From Babesia bigemina (taxonomy: Eukaryota): a stretch of 64,000 nt of DNA. Positions 46,074-57,815 of this stretch are shown piece by piece (position 1 is the stretch's first letter; each line of letters starts with the position of its first letter). The translations under genes were made by a program, and so were the position numbers. The stretch spans positions 1,612,001-1,676,000 of the forward strand of contig NC_027217.1 of NCBI RefSeq assembly GCF_000981445.1, in the 5' to 3' direction. Under the pieces are notes generated by a model. That model did no database searches. It had not been told where the DNA came from and saw only the letters and a program-made list of their open reading frames with translations.

Positions 46074-46412
46074 GACGCTGCGATCCCGAGCCGCTCACGC
46101 CATGTATGTGCAAACGGAACCAGTCCGACCTGCCGCCCTTACGGCCCCCCGGAATACACATTGTCCATGTTTACCACAAACACATTGCTATTAATTACGA
46201 GTTATCTTTGGCAGTTAGCAGCGTCGGCTTGTGTGGCTCAGACAGTAAAAATATAATCATGGTAAGCACATCAGGTGAAAGCATGACACGAGTTGTCATC
46301 ATCGCCTGCCACCAATTGCCTTGCGATAAGCTGTGTGAGGAGATCCCTGGTACCCTCCTTCCGGTATAGGTCAATTAAACAGTTTAACCATGTGTAAACT
46401 TGGCGGTCCCCG

Positions 46413-47209
46413 CTACGCTGCGCCAAATCGTTCCAAACGTTTCTGTCTCCGCGCACGCTCATCGTCGTCCAGCGGCACCTCCCCCTTTACCCCGTCGCGC
46501 TGCAAAGAAAATGAGTCAGTTTGGCGGAAAGTGGCGTACCTTTATCATCCGCTCCAGACGACGCTTGGTGCGCTCGGCCTGCGTCATGCCGCCACGCGAA
46601 CCCCGCCGTCTTTTCTGCCGCCCGTCGGAGCTCTGTGACCGTTTTTCCGCGGGTTTCGCGTCACTCGTGGTGATGTTGAACCTCTTGGCGCGCAGCGCCA
46701 TGCGTTCCTCCATGGTGAGCGCACCAATCTCGCTGGGCATCGAGGCTGCGCAGATGTGAGCCATATCACGTGGATCAAGCACTAACCTCCTGCCGCTACG
46801 TGCTTTGGCTCCTCCTTCGCCACCTCTTTAGGTGAGCCGGTTTTGGTGGGACTGGAAGGGCTGGCCCGGATGCTCACGCCGTCTGGGCTACTTGGAGAGT
46901 CAGGACTGGAGTTTCCACCGGCCTTCTTCACGGCTTCATCATCTTCTACATTTTCATTCGTCTCTTCAAGCTCAACCTCGGCCAGAGCCTTCGTCTCTGG
47001 ATGGCGTCCCATCACCGTCAAGTTAGAGGAGGACGCACCAGTAGATTCCTCCTTCTCCTCTCCGAGCAACCGGTTAATGAGCTCCTCCTTGACGAAATTT
47101 ATGGTGCGAGAAAATTCAGTACCTTTTTGCCGGTGGTTTTCATGTTGCGCTCGGACAACATGGCTCGCAGCTCGACGAGTGTCTTCTTCCTCAGCTCCTC
47201 TTCTTCCAT
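46413..47209 (-). CDS. SAP-domain mRNA export factor, SARNP/Tho1/MOS11-like (multi-exon)
   Basis: The spliced N-terminus MEEEELRKKTLVELRAMLSERNMKTTGKKEELINRLL is a SAP motif. The C-terminal region has repeats RAKRFN and RQKRLERFG (SARNP RxxRFG motifs). Stop at 46413-46415. The ORF track misses this gene because of the introns. Confidence 0.75.
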
Positions 47210-47243
47210 TGCGATACAGCGCGCGAATTTGAGTCACGTGGAA

Positions 47244-48986
47244 TTAATTTGTTTTGCGCTTCCGTGTACCGAATACACGGCGGTGAACGGCACGCAACGC
47301 GATATAGGGTGTGAGCACCATCCAGGACAGCACACAGAGAAAGACGTAAATCAGGACCAGTTTCCACACTATACTCCGGCACTTCACCATGCGATCCATT
47401 TTGAAAAACGTTCTGCTCTTGCTTTCGACGTTGCGGTAGATGGACAGGGGGTCTCGCGCAGGGTCGTTGGCGAAGTGGCGAACTGTTTGCCCATCCTTGT
47501 CGAAGAGCTTGGCGCTCCATTTCAGCGCGTCTTCGAGTGGTCAGCTTCGATAGACAAGCGAACCTACCTGCTTTAGCGTCGTATTCGAACTCGAGGCCTC
47601 CGAAGTTGTTGTACATGAACGTGTTGCGCTTGAACATGTACAAGGCCAGGGCGAACGGGCGGTACGGCGACTTGTTTTGTTCCAGGAACGAGTGCGTGAG
47701 GCTGCTTGATGTGACCTCGACAACTCCCTGTGCGGCGTCGTAGCGCTTTTTGGGCAACTTACGTCTTTCTCATTTAGCTCACCCCAGTGCACGTCGCCCG
47801 AGAGGAAAATGGGATTCTTGGGCTTGGTGGTGAGCAGCAGCTGCAGAAGCCTGTCCTTTGCATCGGGCAGCAGCCCCCAGCTCTCGGTGATGGGGTAGCG
47901 CGTGAAAACCTGTATTGACGACACAATCACATGCGCCTCAGCCTCGGAGTCGTGCAGCTGCCCCTCCAGCCAGCGCCACTGTTCCGCACCCAGCGTGTCT
48001 CCAGGGTGGTTGCAGCCGAACCTGCGCGCAAGTGAGCGTCAGGTCACGTAACGCCAATACAAGCGGACCTCGAGGGCCACGTTAGCCTGCAGCTAACGCA
48101 CGGAAACAGCACTGTCACCCATAAACGTAAAAACGCATCCCAAGCACGGCCTGGTGCGCATGAAACCATACGAGATGGTGCACCAACGTCCAAAAACCCC
48201 GCGCTAGAGGTTGTGTACAAGCAACTCGTAGTTCGGTGTGGCGACTAACCCGAACAGGTAGTTGATCGTTCTCGCGAAGAAGTACTTATTGAAGTGCATC
48301 CGTCTCCACAGGCACGTGTGGCATGAGCAGTAGTAGTAGCAGTCACGGTGGTATCGCACGTCGAGCACTATCAGCTTGACGGCACGCTTAGGCTGCTCCG
48401 GGTCGCGGAAGAGCATGGAGAAGTAGGAGCCAGTGCGCTTCCTCCGGTAGTGATCTGCCGGCTTATTAAAGAAGTCCAGCAGGTACTCCTGGCTGAATTC
48501 ACGATGTTCGTACTTAATGTGGCCGTCGTTGATGCCTGCAGCAATGGCAGCTCCACTGAGTGCTCAATTTACCCAGATCGTGGTCATCGTATATGCCGTC
48601 CATCCGCTTCATGGAGGCCGCGAAATCGCGATAGACCGGCGACGCGTTCAGACGGTTGTACTCATGTTTCAAGCAGTGCGGCTCGCAGCATCCGTTGGCT
48701 GAATGAGATGCCGACGCCCAGCGTGCAACCTACGAGCGTAGACAATATCCCCCGTATACAAGAACATGTCGGGGTCGTAACGCGTAATGGCATCATAGAT
48801 GCGTTTGGGGTTGAGCTCTATCTTCTGGCAGCTGCCGAAGGCGAGCTTGTTCAAAGGCTCCTCGACAATCTCGTCCGCCGGGAGGCGGCGCAGCTGCGAT
48901 CCGTAACGCTCCTCGTACTGCGTCAAGGACGCAACAGCCTGCGCCAGACAGAGGCATAATACTGACACGCCGCCCAAATTCGTCAT
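47244..48986 (-). CDS. PhoD-like alkaline phosphatase/phosphodiesterase, paralog 1 (signal peptide, C-terminal TM)
   Basis: Motifs LAFGSCQ, YTGDIVY, GIYDDHD, LDVRYHR, LGAEQWRWLE, LSGDVHWGE, EVTSSSLTH and NNFG. C-terminal TM KLVLIYVFLCVLSWMVLTPYIAL, then RKRKTN* (TAA 47244-47246). Five introns inferred. Confidence 0.85.
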
Positions 48987-49533
48987 CTTAACCGCTATGG
49001 TCTACATGTAACGAATACCAGGGTCGGCGCGACACACGCGTGCGGAAGGGCTTCGAGCATACGAGGTCGGGTGTTGGCCCAAATCCCGCCACGAATGCGT
49101 TAAACCAATTATTGCATTTTGCGGTGTAATACGGTGCGGTAATTGTTGTTGCGGTGGAACTATTATCGCCTTGCGTTGCTGGAGCCAGTTATGCTGCCGT
49201 CTAGTGGTTTTCCCGGCGCCGTCGTTGCGACCGCCGTATTCAGTGCCTAGCGCAGTAATCGCTTCGATGCGTGGCGGCACATAACGTCTGACAATTATCG
49301 CGAAGCGCACAATACTGTGCAGGCGTCACCGGCGGCGAATCCGAGTGAAAAACGGCTTACCGGCACCGGCCTAATACACGTTCTAGTTCATGTAGCTCAC
49401 TATTGAGACTGCCTGCGAATGGCTACAGTGATGCGACGATGTTTTACAAACTGCTTGAGTTGAAAAATGGAATGCCGCACGTACACGTTGTACGGACAAC
49501 CGGTTGCCGGTCGACCTTTATCCCGTGGGCATT

Positions 49534-51023
49534 TTAATTATCCTTCTTGGCGTGCCGGCGCTTAAACAGACGTCGGAGTATAGATATCGCAACGACGAAT
49601 GCGCAGTACACTGTCGCAGCGATGGTAGATATCAACGCCACCTTCCACAGCAAGCTAGTACAGTGGACGATCCGGGTGTTGCGTAGGAACGTCGTCGCTT
49701 TCTGATCGACGCCCCGGTAGGGTTCCATCGGGTCTTCGTAGCCGTCGTGGAAGGTATCCATAACCACCTTCCCTTCGTCGTCCATGAGCTTGATGTGGCG
49801 ACTCAACCGCTCTGGCGCACGTTAACCGCTGTTTAGAAACGCCTACCGCATCTGTCGTCGTGCTCGAAATCGATGATGCCGAAGTTGTTGTAGCCGTAGA
49901 TGGGCAGGTTAAGCCATTGGAGAACGAAGGACACGACGGGTTGTATCTTGGCGAACTCCACATACATGGAGTGCGTGAGGCTGCTGGAGGTGACTTCCAC
50001 AATGCCCTGCGGAGCGTGATAACCGGCTAGTGTCTTGGGGAACCTACGTCGGCTTCAAGGATTCCGCCCCAGTGCACGTCGCCCGAGATGAAGATGGGAT
50101 TCTTGGGCTTGGTGGCGAGCAGCAGCTGCGTCAGTCTCTCCTTCGCATCGGGCAGCAACCCCCAGCTCTCTGCCACCGGGAATTTGGTGAACACTTGCGT
50201 CGAGGACACTATCACGTGCGTCTCAGCCTGCGACTGGTGCAACTGGCCCTCCAGCCACCGCCACTGCTCCTGGCCCAGCGTGTCACCGCCGTGATTGCAG
50301 CCGAAACCCGATAGGTAGTTCCACAGCCGCCTCACTATGTAGTGGTGCATGCAAGGCTTGTACCAGTGGCAGTTGTGGCACGCACAGTAGTAGAAGCTGT
50401 TGCGGTGGTACCTCATGTCCAGCACGATCACCTTCACCCGGTGCACGGGGCAGTGCGGATTGCGATACTCCGCTGAAAAGTACGCGCCCGCACGACGTCG
50501 CCGGTAGTGCCCCGCCGGTTTCTCCAGAAAGTCCAGCAGAATCTGCTGCGACGCCTCGCGGTGCTGGAAGCTGTCGTGGCCATCGTTCATGCCGAAGTCG
50601 TGGTCGTCGTAGATGCCGTCGATGCGCCGCAACTGCCTCCTGAACTCGCTATAAACGGGGTGGTTGCGGGCGGCGGTGTAGTAGCCCCTTAGGCATTCCG
50701 GCGTGCCGCAGTGGTTGTCTGGCCGAGGTGAGAAAAAAGTGCAGCGAGAACCCACCCGGGTAGACGATGTCGCCCGTGTACAAAAACAGGTCGGGACGTG
50801 CCCGCGATATCGCGGGAAAAATACGGTTGTCACCGAGATCGAACTGCTGGCAGCTCCCGAAGGCGAGCCTGCCGAGGGGCTCGGCGTACTCCTCGTCCGG
50901 GGGCGAAGGCGCGAGTTGGGTGCCGTAGCGGGCCTCGTAGCGCGCCGCGGAGTCGAGTTCGGCGTCACACCGGCATCTCACAACCGCGCAATTAAATAAA
51001 AGTGCAAGCAGCGGCAGTAACAT
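49534..51023 (-). CDS. PhoD-like phosphatase, paralog 2 (signal peptide, C-terminal TM)
   Basis: Starts MLLPLLALLFNCAVV. Same motif set as paralog 1 (LAFGSCQ, YTGDIVY, GIYDDHDFG, LGQEQWRWLE, ISGDVHWG, EVTSSSLTH). C-terminal TM and basic tail. Confidence 0.85.
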
Positions 51024-51144
51024 CGTGCTTTTTGGTCTAGTTGGCTCCGCGGCAACTATGGCGTAATGAGCCACACGAGACGACAATACAGCAACACCAC
51101 AACACGCGTAGAAGACACGGATGTATATGAAAACTTAGCAGACA

Positions 51145-53529
51145 TTATGTACGCGCTTTGAGTAGGTTGCGGCGATCTTTCGCGTTAGCGATCCGCTTTT
51201 CGTTTTCCGCCGCTCTGATATAGTTGTAATCATCCTTCGAGATAATGTCGTTGAGGTACAACTCCCGCAGACACGTGAAGAATATACCGCCGCTGGTGCG
51301 TTTCCGGCTGCCGTCGGCCGTCAGCACGCCGCCGTTGCGTTCAATCTGCATAGTCAGATCGAACACGGTTTTGGAAAGGTCCGCGCCGATGCGCGTCACG
51401 CAGCGGTAAATCTGGTCGGCATTCGGCTCCTGCAGCGCCACAGCAATGGTCGACGCGAGCACGCGGTTGATGTCATCCGGGTCCTCCTCGGACACGTGCA
51501 ACGTCTCCCGGAGGTAGGTCACGAAGTCCGCGTGCTTACGCAGTTCGGCAAGTTTGTACGGAGTCAGGGACCAGATATCCTCCTCATTCAAAAACGGCTG
51601 GCGCTCAACCATAAGCTTCACGTTTTCAACCAGCCCAGAGAGCGCCGCAGCGTGGAACGGAGACCGCCCGTTGACGTCGCGCACGTTGACAACTGCCCCG
51701 TTGTCAAGCACGAAGCGCAGGTAGTCCGTGTTGGCCCTGAAAGCGGCGTAATGCAGCGGCGTCATGTTAGCCGAATCCAGGTCGTTCAGCGTCGCGCCGT
51801 GGTCAAGCAGTAACTGCGTTATTTCCTTGTTGCCTTTGATGGCAGCGAAGTGTATGGCCGGCGAGTACACGTCCATCAGCCGAACCGGAGCGCACTTGTG
51901 CTTCAGCAGCGTGAAGATGTTGGCGCCGGCATCGACAAGAATTTTCGCAACGTCGGTGAAGTTCTTTGACACCGCGATGTGGATCGCAGTCCAACCCTTG
52001 CGGTCGGCCAGATTCACGTCGACGCCACTCGCCAAAAGGTATTCCACACACGCCGACGAGCCGGCGGCACTGGCGTAATGCAGCGCACTGCGGCCGACGT
52101 CGTCCACGTGGCTGACGTCAACATCCTTCTGCATTTTCAGCTGCTCCAAATCGCCCATGAACGCGGCCCTCATGAACTCAGCGATGCTGTTGGGAACTGC
52201 ACCGGACGGGAAGGCGTCGGAACAGGTGCCATCAGTCGTTTGCGTCAGCGTGGTGCACTCGCGGGCCGGCTGCTCCCCCACCCACCCGGCGGGGTTCTCA
52301 ACGCCAACCGTGACCTTGCGCTCAGTGGCTGCTGCGTTGGCGTTGGTGCAGCTGTCGACGAAACGGTAAATGCTGAAGTTCAGTTGCTCTTCAGCCGAGA
52401 CCAAACCGTCCAAGTAGGCCCCCTCAGCTCCCTCGATGACGTTGATCGGCGTGGGCGCGGTGTTGAAATCCACCTTGGGGGTCTCCTGATCAGTAGCCGC
52501 TACCACAGCAGATGGCGATTGCACTGCAGTCGCAACGCTCATGTGTTTGTTTCCATCCGCACGCCCAACTCGACGTCCAACATTTTTGCCGGCTGCGTGC
52601 GACCCATAACGCGTAGAGGTGTCGTCCCGCTTTCCGGAGGGCCTGTTGCCCTTCTGCGCTCCGTACGGGCGTTTAGAATCGCCGCCAGACAGGGCGTCGG
52701 CGCGTTTATTGTGCGGAACGGGATGCTGAGCCTTGTCGCACGGGTGAGTCGCGTCGCCCCTCCGACGGCTGTCGCCCTGCCGGGATGACTGTTCCTTCCG
52801 GTGTGGCTTTTGTCCATCGACAGATGCTGCATTGCCGGATGTAGCGTCCACTGAAGGGTGGGTTGCATCGCCTGACACCTCCGCTTCGGATCCGTCCACG
52901 CCTGTTTTGGTGGCTTTAGCAGTGCCGCTGGATTCCGAATCGCGGCGCGCCGGCTTTACGGAGGGCTTTGCATTCGTCCTCTGCGGGCGGGTCGCGCCTT
53001 TGCCTGCGACACGAGGTTCCTGCTTCTTGAAAGCGCCAGCCGTTGACGACGCAGCGGATGACTCCGGAACCTCACCACCAGGGATAACCGCCGGCTCGGT
53101 GCTTGCGGGCGCAGCGGCCTGCGGGGTCACTAGGGACGAAGCAGCATGGTTCTGCATTATCTGGTTGAACGTCATCATGCTGGACAGAAACAGCTTTCCC
53201 ATCTCGCACAGAAGCTGAGTCTGCTGACCGTCTCCCACTGCCGCCTGCGGGGTGGATGCGGTCAGCGCCTGCGTGAAGTTGGACAGCAGGTTGTTGAAGC
53301 ACTCCGTAGTGATTCCAGTTCCAGCGGCCGGTAGCGAAGTCGGCGCGGGTGCGCTATCCGAGCGCTCCACAGCGGGCGCAGGTGGCTGAACAGGCGCAGC
53401 CTTTCCAGACGGAGCAGCCGCAGGTTCTTTGGACCTACGGTCAGCGGGCCGACGTGGTGCACCGCCACCACGGCCGCGCTTTTGCGAGGACACCCTCCTC
53501 GCATTAGACGGAACATCCACCATCCTCAT
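51145..53529 (-). CDS. Ankyrin-repeat protein with C-terminal PHAX RNA-binding domain
   Basis: About 6 ankyrin repeats (GRSALHYA, GWTAIHIA, SPAIHFAA, MTPLHYAA, GRSPFHAA). C-terminal LQEPNADQIYRCV..IERNGGVLTADGSRKRTSGGIFF matches the PHAX RBD (RRTPGGVF). The start is uncertain and there may be an upstream exon. Confidence 0.8.
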   Translation of the reverse strand: MRMVDVPSNARRVSSQKRGRGGGAPRRPADRRSKEPAAAPSGKAAPVQPPAPAVERSDSAPAPTSLPAAGTGITTECFNNLLSNFTQALTASTPQAAVGDGQQTQLLCEMGKLFLSSMMTFNQIMQNHAASSLVTPQAAAPASTEPAVIPGGEVPESSAASSTAGAFKKQEPRVAGKGATRPQRTNAKPSVKPARRDSESSGTAKATKTGVDGSEAEVSGDATHPSVDATSGNAASVDGQKPHRKEQSSRQGDSRRRGDATHPCDKAQHPVPHNKRADALSGGDSKRPYGAQKGNRPSGKRDDTSTRYGSHAAGKNVGRRVGRADGNKHMSVATAVQSPSAVVAATDQETPKVDFNTAPTPINVIEGAEGAYLDGLVSAEEQLNFSIYRFVDSCTNANAAATERKVTVGVENPAGWVGEQPARECTTLTQTTDGTCSDAFPSGAVPNSIAEFMRAAFMGDLEQLKMQKDVDVSHVDDVGRSALHYASAAGSSACVEYLLASGVDVNLADRKGWTAIHIAVSKNFTDVAKILVDAGANIFTLLKHKCAPVRLMDVYSPAIHFAAIKGNKEITQLLLDHGATLNDLDSANMTPLHYAAFRANTDYLRFVLDNGAVVNVRDVNGRSPFHAAALSGLVENVKLMVERQPFLNEEDIWSLTPYKLAELRKHADFVTYLRETLHVSEEDPDDINRVLASTIAVALQEPNADQIYRCVTRIGADLSKTVFDLTMQIERNGGVLTADGSRKRTSGGIFFTCLRELYLNDIISKDDYNYIRAAENEKRIANAKDRRNLLKART

Positions 53530-54567
53530 GCAACGGGACAACAAGACTGAAAACGATGACACCTAAAGATCCCAGCCCTCCGACAACACTTGGGCGGCGA
53601 TTACACAACTCCTGGATAAACAGCCGTACCTTAAATGTCTAAGTAACGCATAAATAGCACAACTACATCACCACAATTACGCAAGAATATTGAGTCAGAC
53701 TTACATTGGCCTCCGCGAGGTGGTCAGGCGTTTCCCAAAGGCAGACCTCAGCAAGACAACGCAGCAGACTCGAGCCTATTGAAGAACAACTATTGGATAT
53801 TCTCTCACGGCGACTGCAATCCAGCTGCGGAGATGGTGAGCAGCACTTTCCGGCAGAGAGGCACTGAACAGCCGAGGTAAAACGGGTGAACCGATTAACC
53901 ACGCGATGCCAGTGTACACGCACCTCACAGCAGCACGGTGAGCGCGACAACACAAACGCCGGGCCTAAACTACGTATGGCCTCAGGCGGTGGCAGCAACG
54001 GTACACCGGGAGCTCCGTTGGCCTGGGGACATAAGCGCGTCACACGGGCAACAACCGCGCTCAACCGCACGACCAACACGCACCTGCCTCCTATAAAGGT
54101 TGACACGCAAAATCTCCCTGTTGGCCGTGCGCCGCGGGGAGGATCGGAGGTCGTGGCTGCGGATGTCTCCCGCCCCGCGTAACTATGGGATCTCTCCGAC
54201 CGGCGGAGCTGTTTCTTAGCACACCCTAGACGCGTGTAGCCGAAACTGAGTATCGCCTAGTGACGTTGACAAGCAGGCGGGAGCCGACAGTCATGAATCG
54301 GGGATGTGTGGGGAAGTGCAGTTCACATGGGTCTCGTACGTACAAACCACGCCCCTTTACTGCCACACATCACGTCTGGCGGCTGAGGATCATGAGCGTG
54401 TCGCAGCACACGGCACCTACGGCTCAGAAACGCAGTGTAACACACGTCACATTAGTCATGTCTAACGTCGATGTCGCGTCGTACGTGCGGCAATTTAGCG
54501 CGCTGCGCGTTTAGAATCCTTGATGTCTTGACCAACAAAATAGCGCATAAGAGCGTTTTATAACTGC

Positions 54568-55958
54568 TTAACTGTGATCACCGGTCATGCGGACCTCGAT
54601 GATGTCGATGACGTTGGTGCTGCCGTGCGGTGTGTGAGACTTGCGTATCGACGCCTTTAGATCCGGCGGCGCGCCCTCCGACGTGCCGTTGATGAAAGTA
54701 ATGAACTCAAACGTGCCGCCATCCAGCCCGAAGTAGAACCGCTTCGTGGCGATGAAGGCAACGCCATGCGCCGGCCTCAGGAACGACCTCAGCACGGCGG
54801 CAATAGCCGGGTAGCTCTCCGTGCGGTAGAGGCATTCACTCGCGAAGATAATGTCGCACGCAGCCTTACGAGCGGCCAGGACGCCAGTGCAAAGGTCGGC
54901 CATGTCCTCCCAGCAGCATGCGATGAGCTCGAACTCCAGTTCGTGCCGACGGTCGTCAGTTAGCGGGACGGCGTGTGCCTCTTTAGATACAGAGGTGCCG
55001 TGCAGGCTGTCGCCTATGAAGGTGCCGAAGTGGTAATTGCTCCCCTTTTCCACATCCAGCTTCCCGCCGAAGTCGGTTTCGCCGTTTCCACCATCCGTTT
55101 CGGTAGAGGGAGGGTCGTCTTTTTCCGGGCCCGCTTTTCGTGCTGCCCCTTCTGACATTTGGTGAAAGACACAATTGTGTTCTTGACCTACCTTCGTTTT
55201 TACCTTCCTCAGTGGTTGCGCCCTCGTTGCGTGTTACCGCAGCGCTACTGTTGCGATACGGTGGGCTGCCAGCCTGTTGTCCACGCGGTCCCTGCTTTTG
55301 TCCACGGCCAGCGGACACGGTTCCGTAGATAGATGTGGCGTTTAGGATGCAGTTCGGGATGACCGACTCCTCGAGCACATCCCAGTTGAGATCCTGGAAG
55401 AGGACCTTGTACCTGTGCTGCGTCCCGATGATGCCGCAGATGCCATTGCCGCAACCTGACACTAGTGACGCCACGTTACGCAAAGGCCTACCAAGGTCGA
55501 TGGCGTAGCCGCCACTCCTTGTTTTCATTTCCTCATGGAGGAATGCAGCGAGGAACCAGGTGCTCTCCCAAATGGTGAAGCCGCCTTCGTATTTGCGCCG
55601 CTTGACCTGCACGACGATGTGCTTTGACACCCAACAAGCGTCGTAACGTAAAGCCGTGGCAAACCGCGGGTTCAAATGCATTGTAACGCCATCTCGCATC
55701 AACGACGTTAATGGTACGGTACACATTGACCACGATTAGCAAACGTACTGTGGCAGATTGCTTCTCCGTGGGCAACGCCGCGACACGTATCGTCAGCGAC
55801 GAACCGTGATTGGAAGCAGGGTGCGATGCGGGTCCGTCGCCGCTCGTCGCGTCGGCCTTCGGATCGACGGTGGAGACCCGGCAGGTCGCCACGTCCACGG
55901 AATAGCGCTGGCAACTATTAAGTAGCGATTGCAGCGAATAATTAACGCGTGTCTCCAT
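54568..55958 (-). CDS. Seven-beta-strand protein methyltransferase, METTL18/Hpm1 (histidine methyltransferase)-like, multi-exon
   Basis: Motifs YEGGFTIWEST, DLG(CG), FQDLN..VL...IPN..LN, DIIFASECLY and FIATKRFYFGLDGG are characteristic of Hpm1/METTL18. Confidence 0.75.
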
Positions 55959-56027
55959 CTGTTTTCGGGAGTAGACTGTATTTACTGTGGTTGGCGCCGG
56001 CTGGACAGCACAGCCGGGCCGCTGGTC

Positions 56028-57680
56028 CTACACATCCGACAACTCGCTCTCGTCCGCCCAGGGCGACTTGTCGACGTCCGCGCCCTTCATAGCCTCGTGG
56101 GCTGCGACAATGCTCGACTCGATGTCGATGTGCGATTGGCTGGTGAGGGCTTCGTTCGCGCTCGGGAAGCCTGTGACGGGAAGCGGCAGCGGCAGCACGT
56201 CGCGTGCCGACTCCAGGGGCTCAAATTCGAACCGCCGCTTCAGAGCGGCCACCTGCGGCTTACCGAATAGCACGAAGAAGTTGTAGAGGCAGAAGAAGGC
56301 TACGGCAACGTCCACAGCAGCTTCGTGTCGCAGCAGCTTCAGAGCCAGGGGGCGCAGCGACAGCTGGCCCTTGAACATGAAGGCAACAATGTCCACGCAG
56401 AGGTCGGTCAGCGACGTGATGGTGGCCTCCAGGCCGCGAGGGGCGGTGCGGATGCTTAGCACGAGGCCGAAGGTGAACAGCACCTGCTGGAGCGCGGTCA
56501 CCAGTGCGGCCACCAGGCTGGCGTACCACAGGCTCGACTGCCCCGTGGGAACTGGCATGATCCGGTGGCCGCCGCACATCAGCACCATGCTCCAGAGGAA
56601 AGCGAATTTTGCGATAGTTATCATCCCATCGAGGTCCACGAAGCGCCACAGCAGACAGCTCACCAGCACCTTCACCGCGACGCTGAGCGCCAGCAGCGTG
56701 ACCAAAGTGAGCGACGGGTACTCCGCGGGACGCAGTACCAGGCAGTCGTAGGGGTAGCGAACGGAGAGCGCCATGACCATCATGGTGACGAACGCCACGG
56801 TAACCTTGGGCGACCACTTGGTCTCCGCCCTCTTCGACATGTCCACGGCCTCCTCGTACCCCCCGGGGTCGCAAAGCAGCACCCACAGAATGCACAGACC
56901 GTTGCCCACCAGGAAGCACGGCAGCACGTTCACCAGCGCCAGGAACGACGCCCAGAAGTCCGAGGTCCTCGGGTAGGGCATGACGATGCTCAGCATGTTC
57001 CACACGCCGTACCCAGTCATGAACAGCAGCCGGAGGGAGGAGAACTGCACCTCGTTCATCTCGTCGTTGCACTGCGCGTAGCGGCAGAACGCGCCCTCGC
57101 TGACTGCGGCCGCCGCAATCTGGCAGAGGGAGAGCACGGCAACCAGCGAGGGGCCGCAACCCTCTCCAAGGGGGTGCAGGTAGGCGTAAACCATGATCGC
57201 CGGCATCAGTATCACAACTCCGAGCTGCGATAGCACCAGAACCAGGTTGCTGCGGCGGTGGAACTCCGTCAGGGCGTCCAGGAATCCACGCTTGCGAGCG
57301 CCTCTTGGCGCATTAGAATCCACGCACGATAGCACCCACCCATAGAATCCGGAAGTATACTGCATTATAGTGTCCACAGAGTCGGCGACTGCCGCGATCA
57401 ACGGCTTCAGGAGCCAAAAGAGCGGAAGCCACGTTCCGCATTTGACAGGATGCGATGGGTCCGCGTGCGGGTGCGACGCGGCCAGCAGGCCGACGTAGCA
57501 TGTGTAGAGCAGGTAGAGCGTCTCCGACTTGAGCAGGAGCGAAAACAGCGAGTAGGACTTTAGCTTCCGCCCGCTGATTCCGTACCGCCTACACAGCCCA
57601 TCCAGAAAGCTGCACGAACATGGCCAGACGCGGCGAGATTCCTCCCTCGGCGAGGAGGAATCCGCGTCGGTAGCCTCCAT
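56028..57680 (-). CDS. MFS-fold transporter, BT1 folate/biopterin transporter-like
   Basis: About 12 hydrophobic segments. WLLKPLIAAVADS resembles BT1 W..KP..G..SD, and APRGLEATITSL resembles BT1 CP.G.E.T..AL. First ATG at 57680. Confidence 0.65.
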   Translation of the reverse strand: MEATDADSSSPREESRRVWPCSCSFLDGLCRRYGISGRKLKSYSLFSLLLKSETLYLLYTCYVGLLAASHPHADPSHPVKCGTWLPLFWLLKPLIAAVADSVDTIMQYTSGFYGWVLSCVDSNAPRGARKRGFLDALTEFHRRSNLVLVLSQLGVVILMPAIMVYAYLHPLGEGCGPSLVAVLSLCQIAAAAVSEGAFCRYAQCNDEMNEVQFSSLRLLFMTGYGVWNMLSIVMPYPRTSDFWASFLALVNVLPCFLVGNGLCILWVLLCDPGGYEEAVDMSKRAETKWSPKVTVAFVTMMVMALSVRYPYDCLVLRPAEYPSLTLVTLLALSVAVKVLVSCLLWRFVDLDGMITIAKFAFLWSMVLMCGGHRIMPVPTGQSSLWYASLVAALVTALQQVLFTFGLVLSIRTAPRGLEATITSLTDLCVDIVAFMFKGQLSLRPLALKLLRHEAAVDVAVAFFCLYNFFVLFGKPQVAALKRRFEFEPLESARDVLPLPLPVTGFPSANEALTSQSHIDIESSIVAAHEAMKGADVDKSPWADESELSDV

Positions 57681-57815
57681 ACTAGAGGCGGAACTAGATT
57701 CGGGCGTATTTGGGATCGCAGTAAACGGTGATGGGCACCGCAGCGCCGCCAGGGGTGATGGAATCCCTGCCTCGCGGTGGGGCCTAGGGGTGTGCAACGC
57801 TACAATTTATAAGAG

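Noticed and set aside
54125..54215. GC-rich hairpin-forming stretch as a possible SRP or RNase P RNA
   Set aside because: No conserved SRP or RNase P motifs seen; short stems are expected at this GC content.
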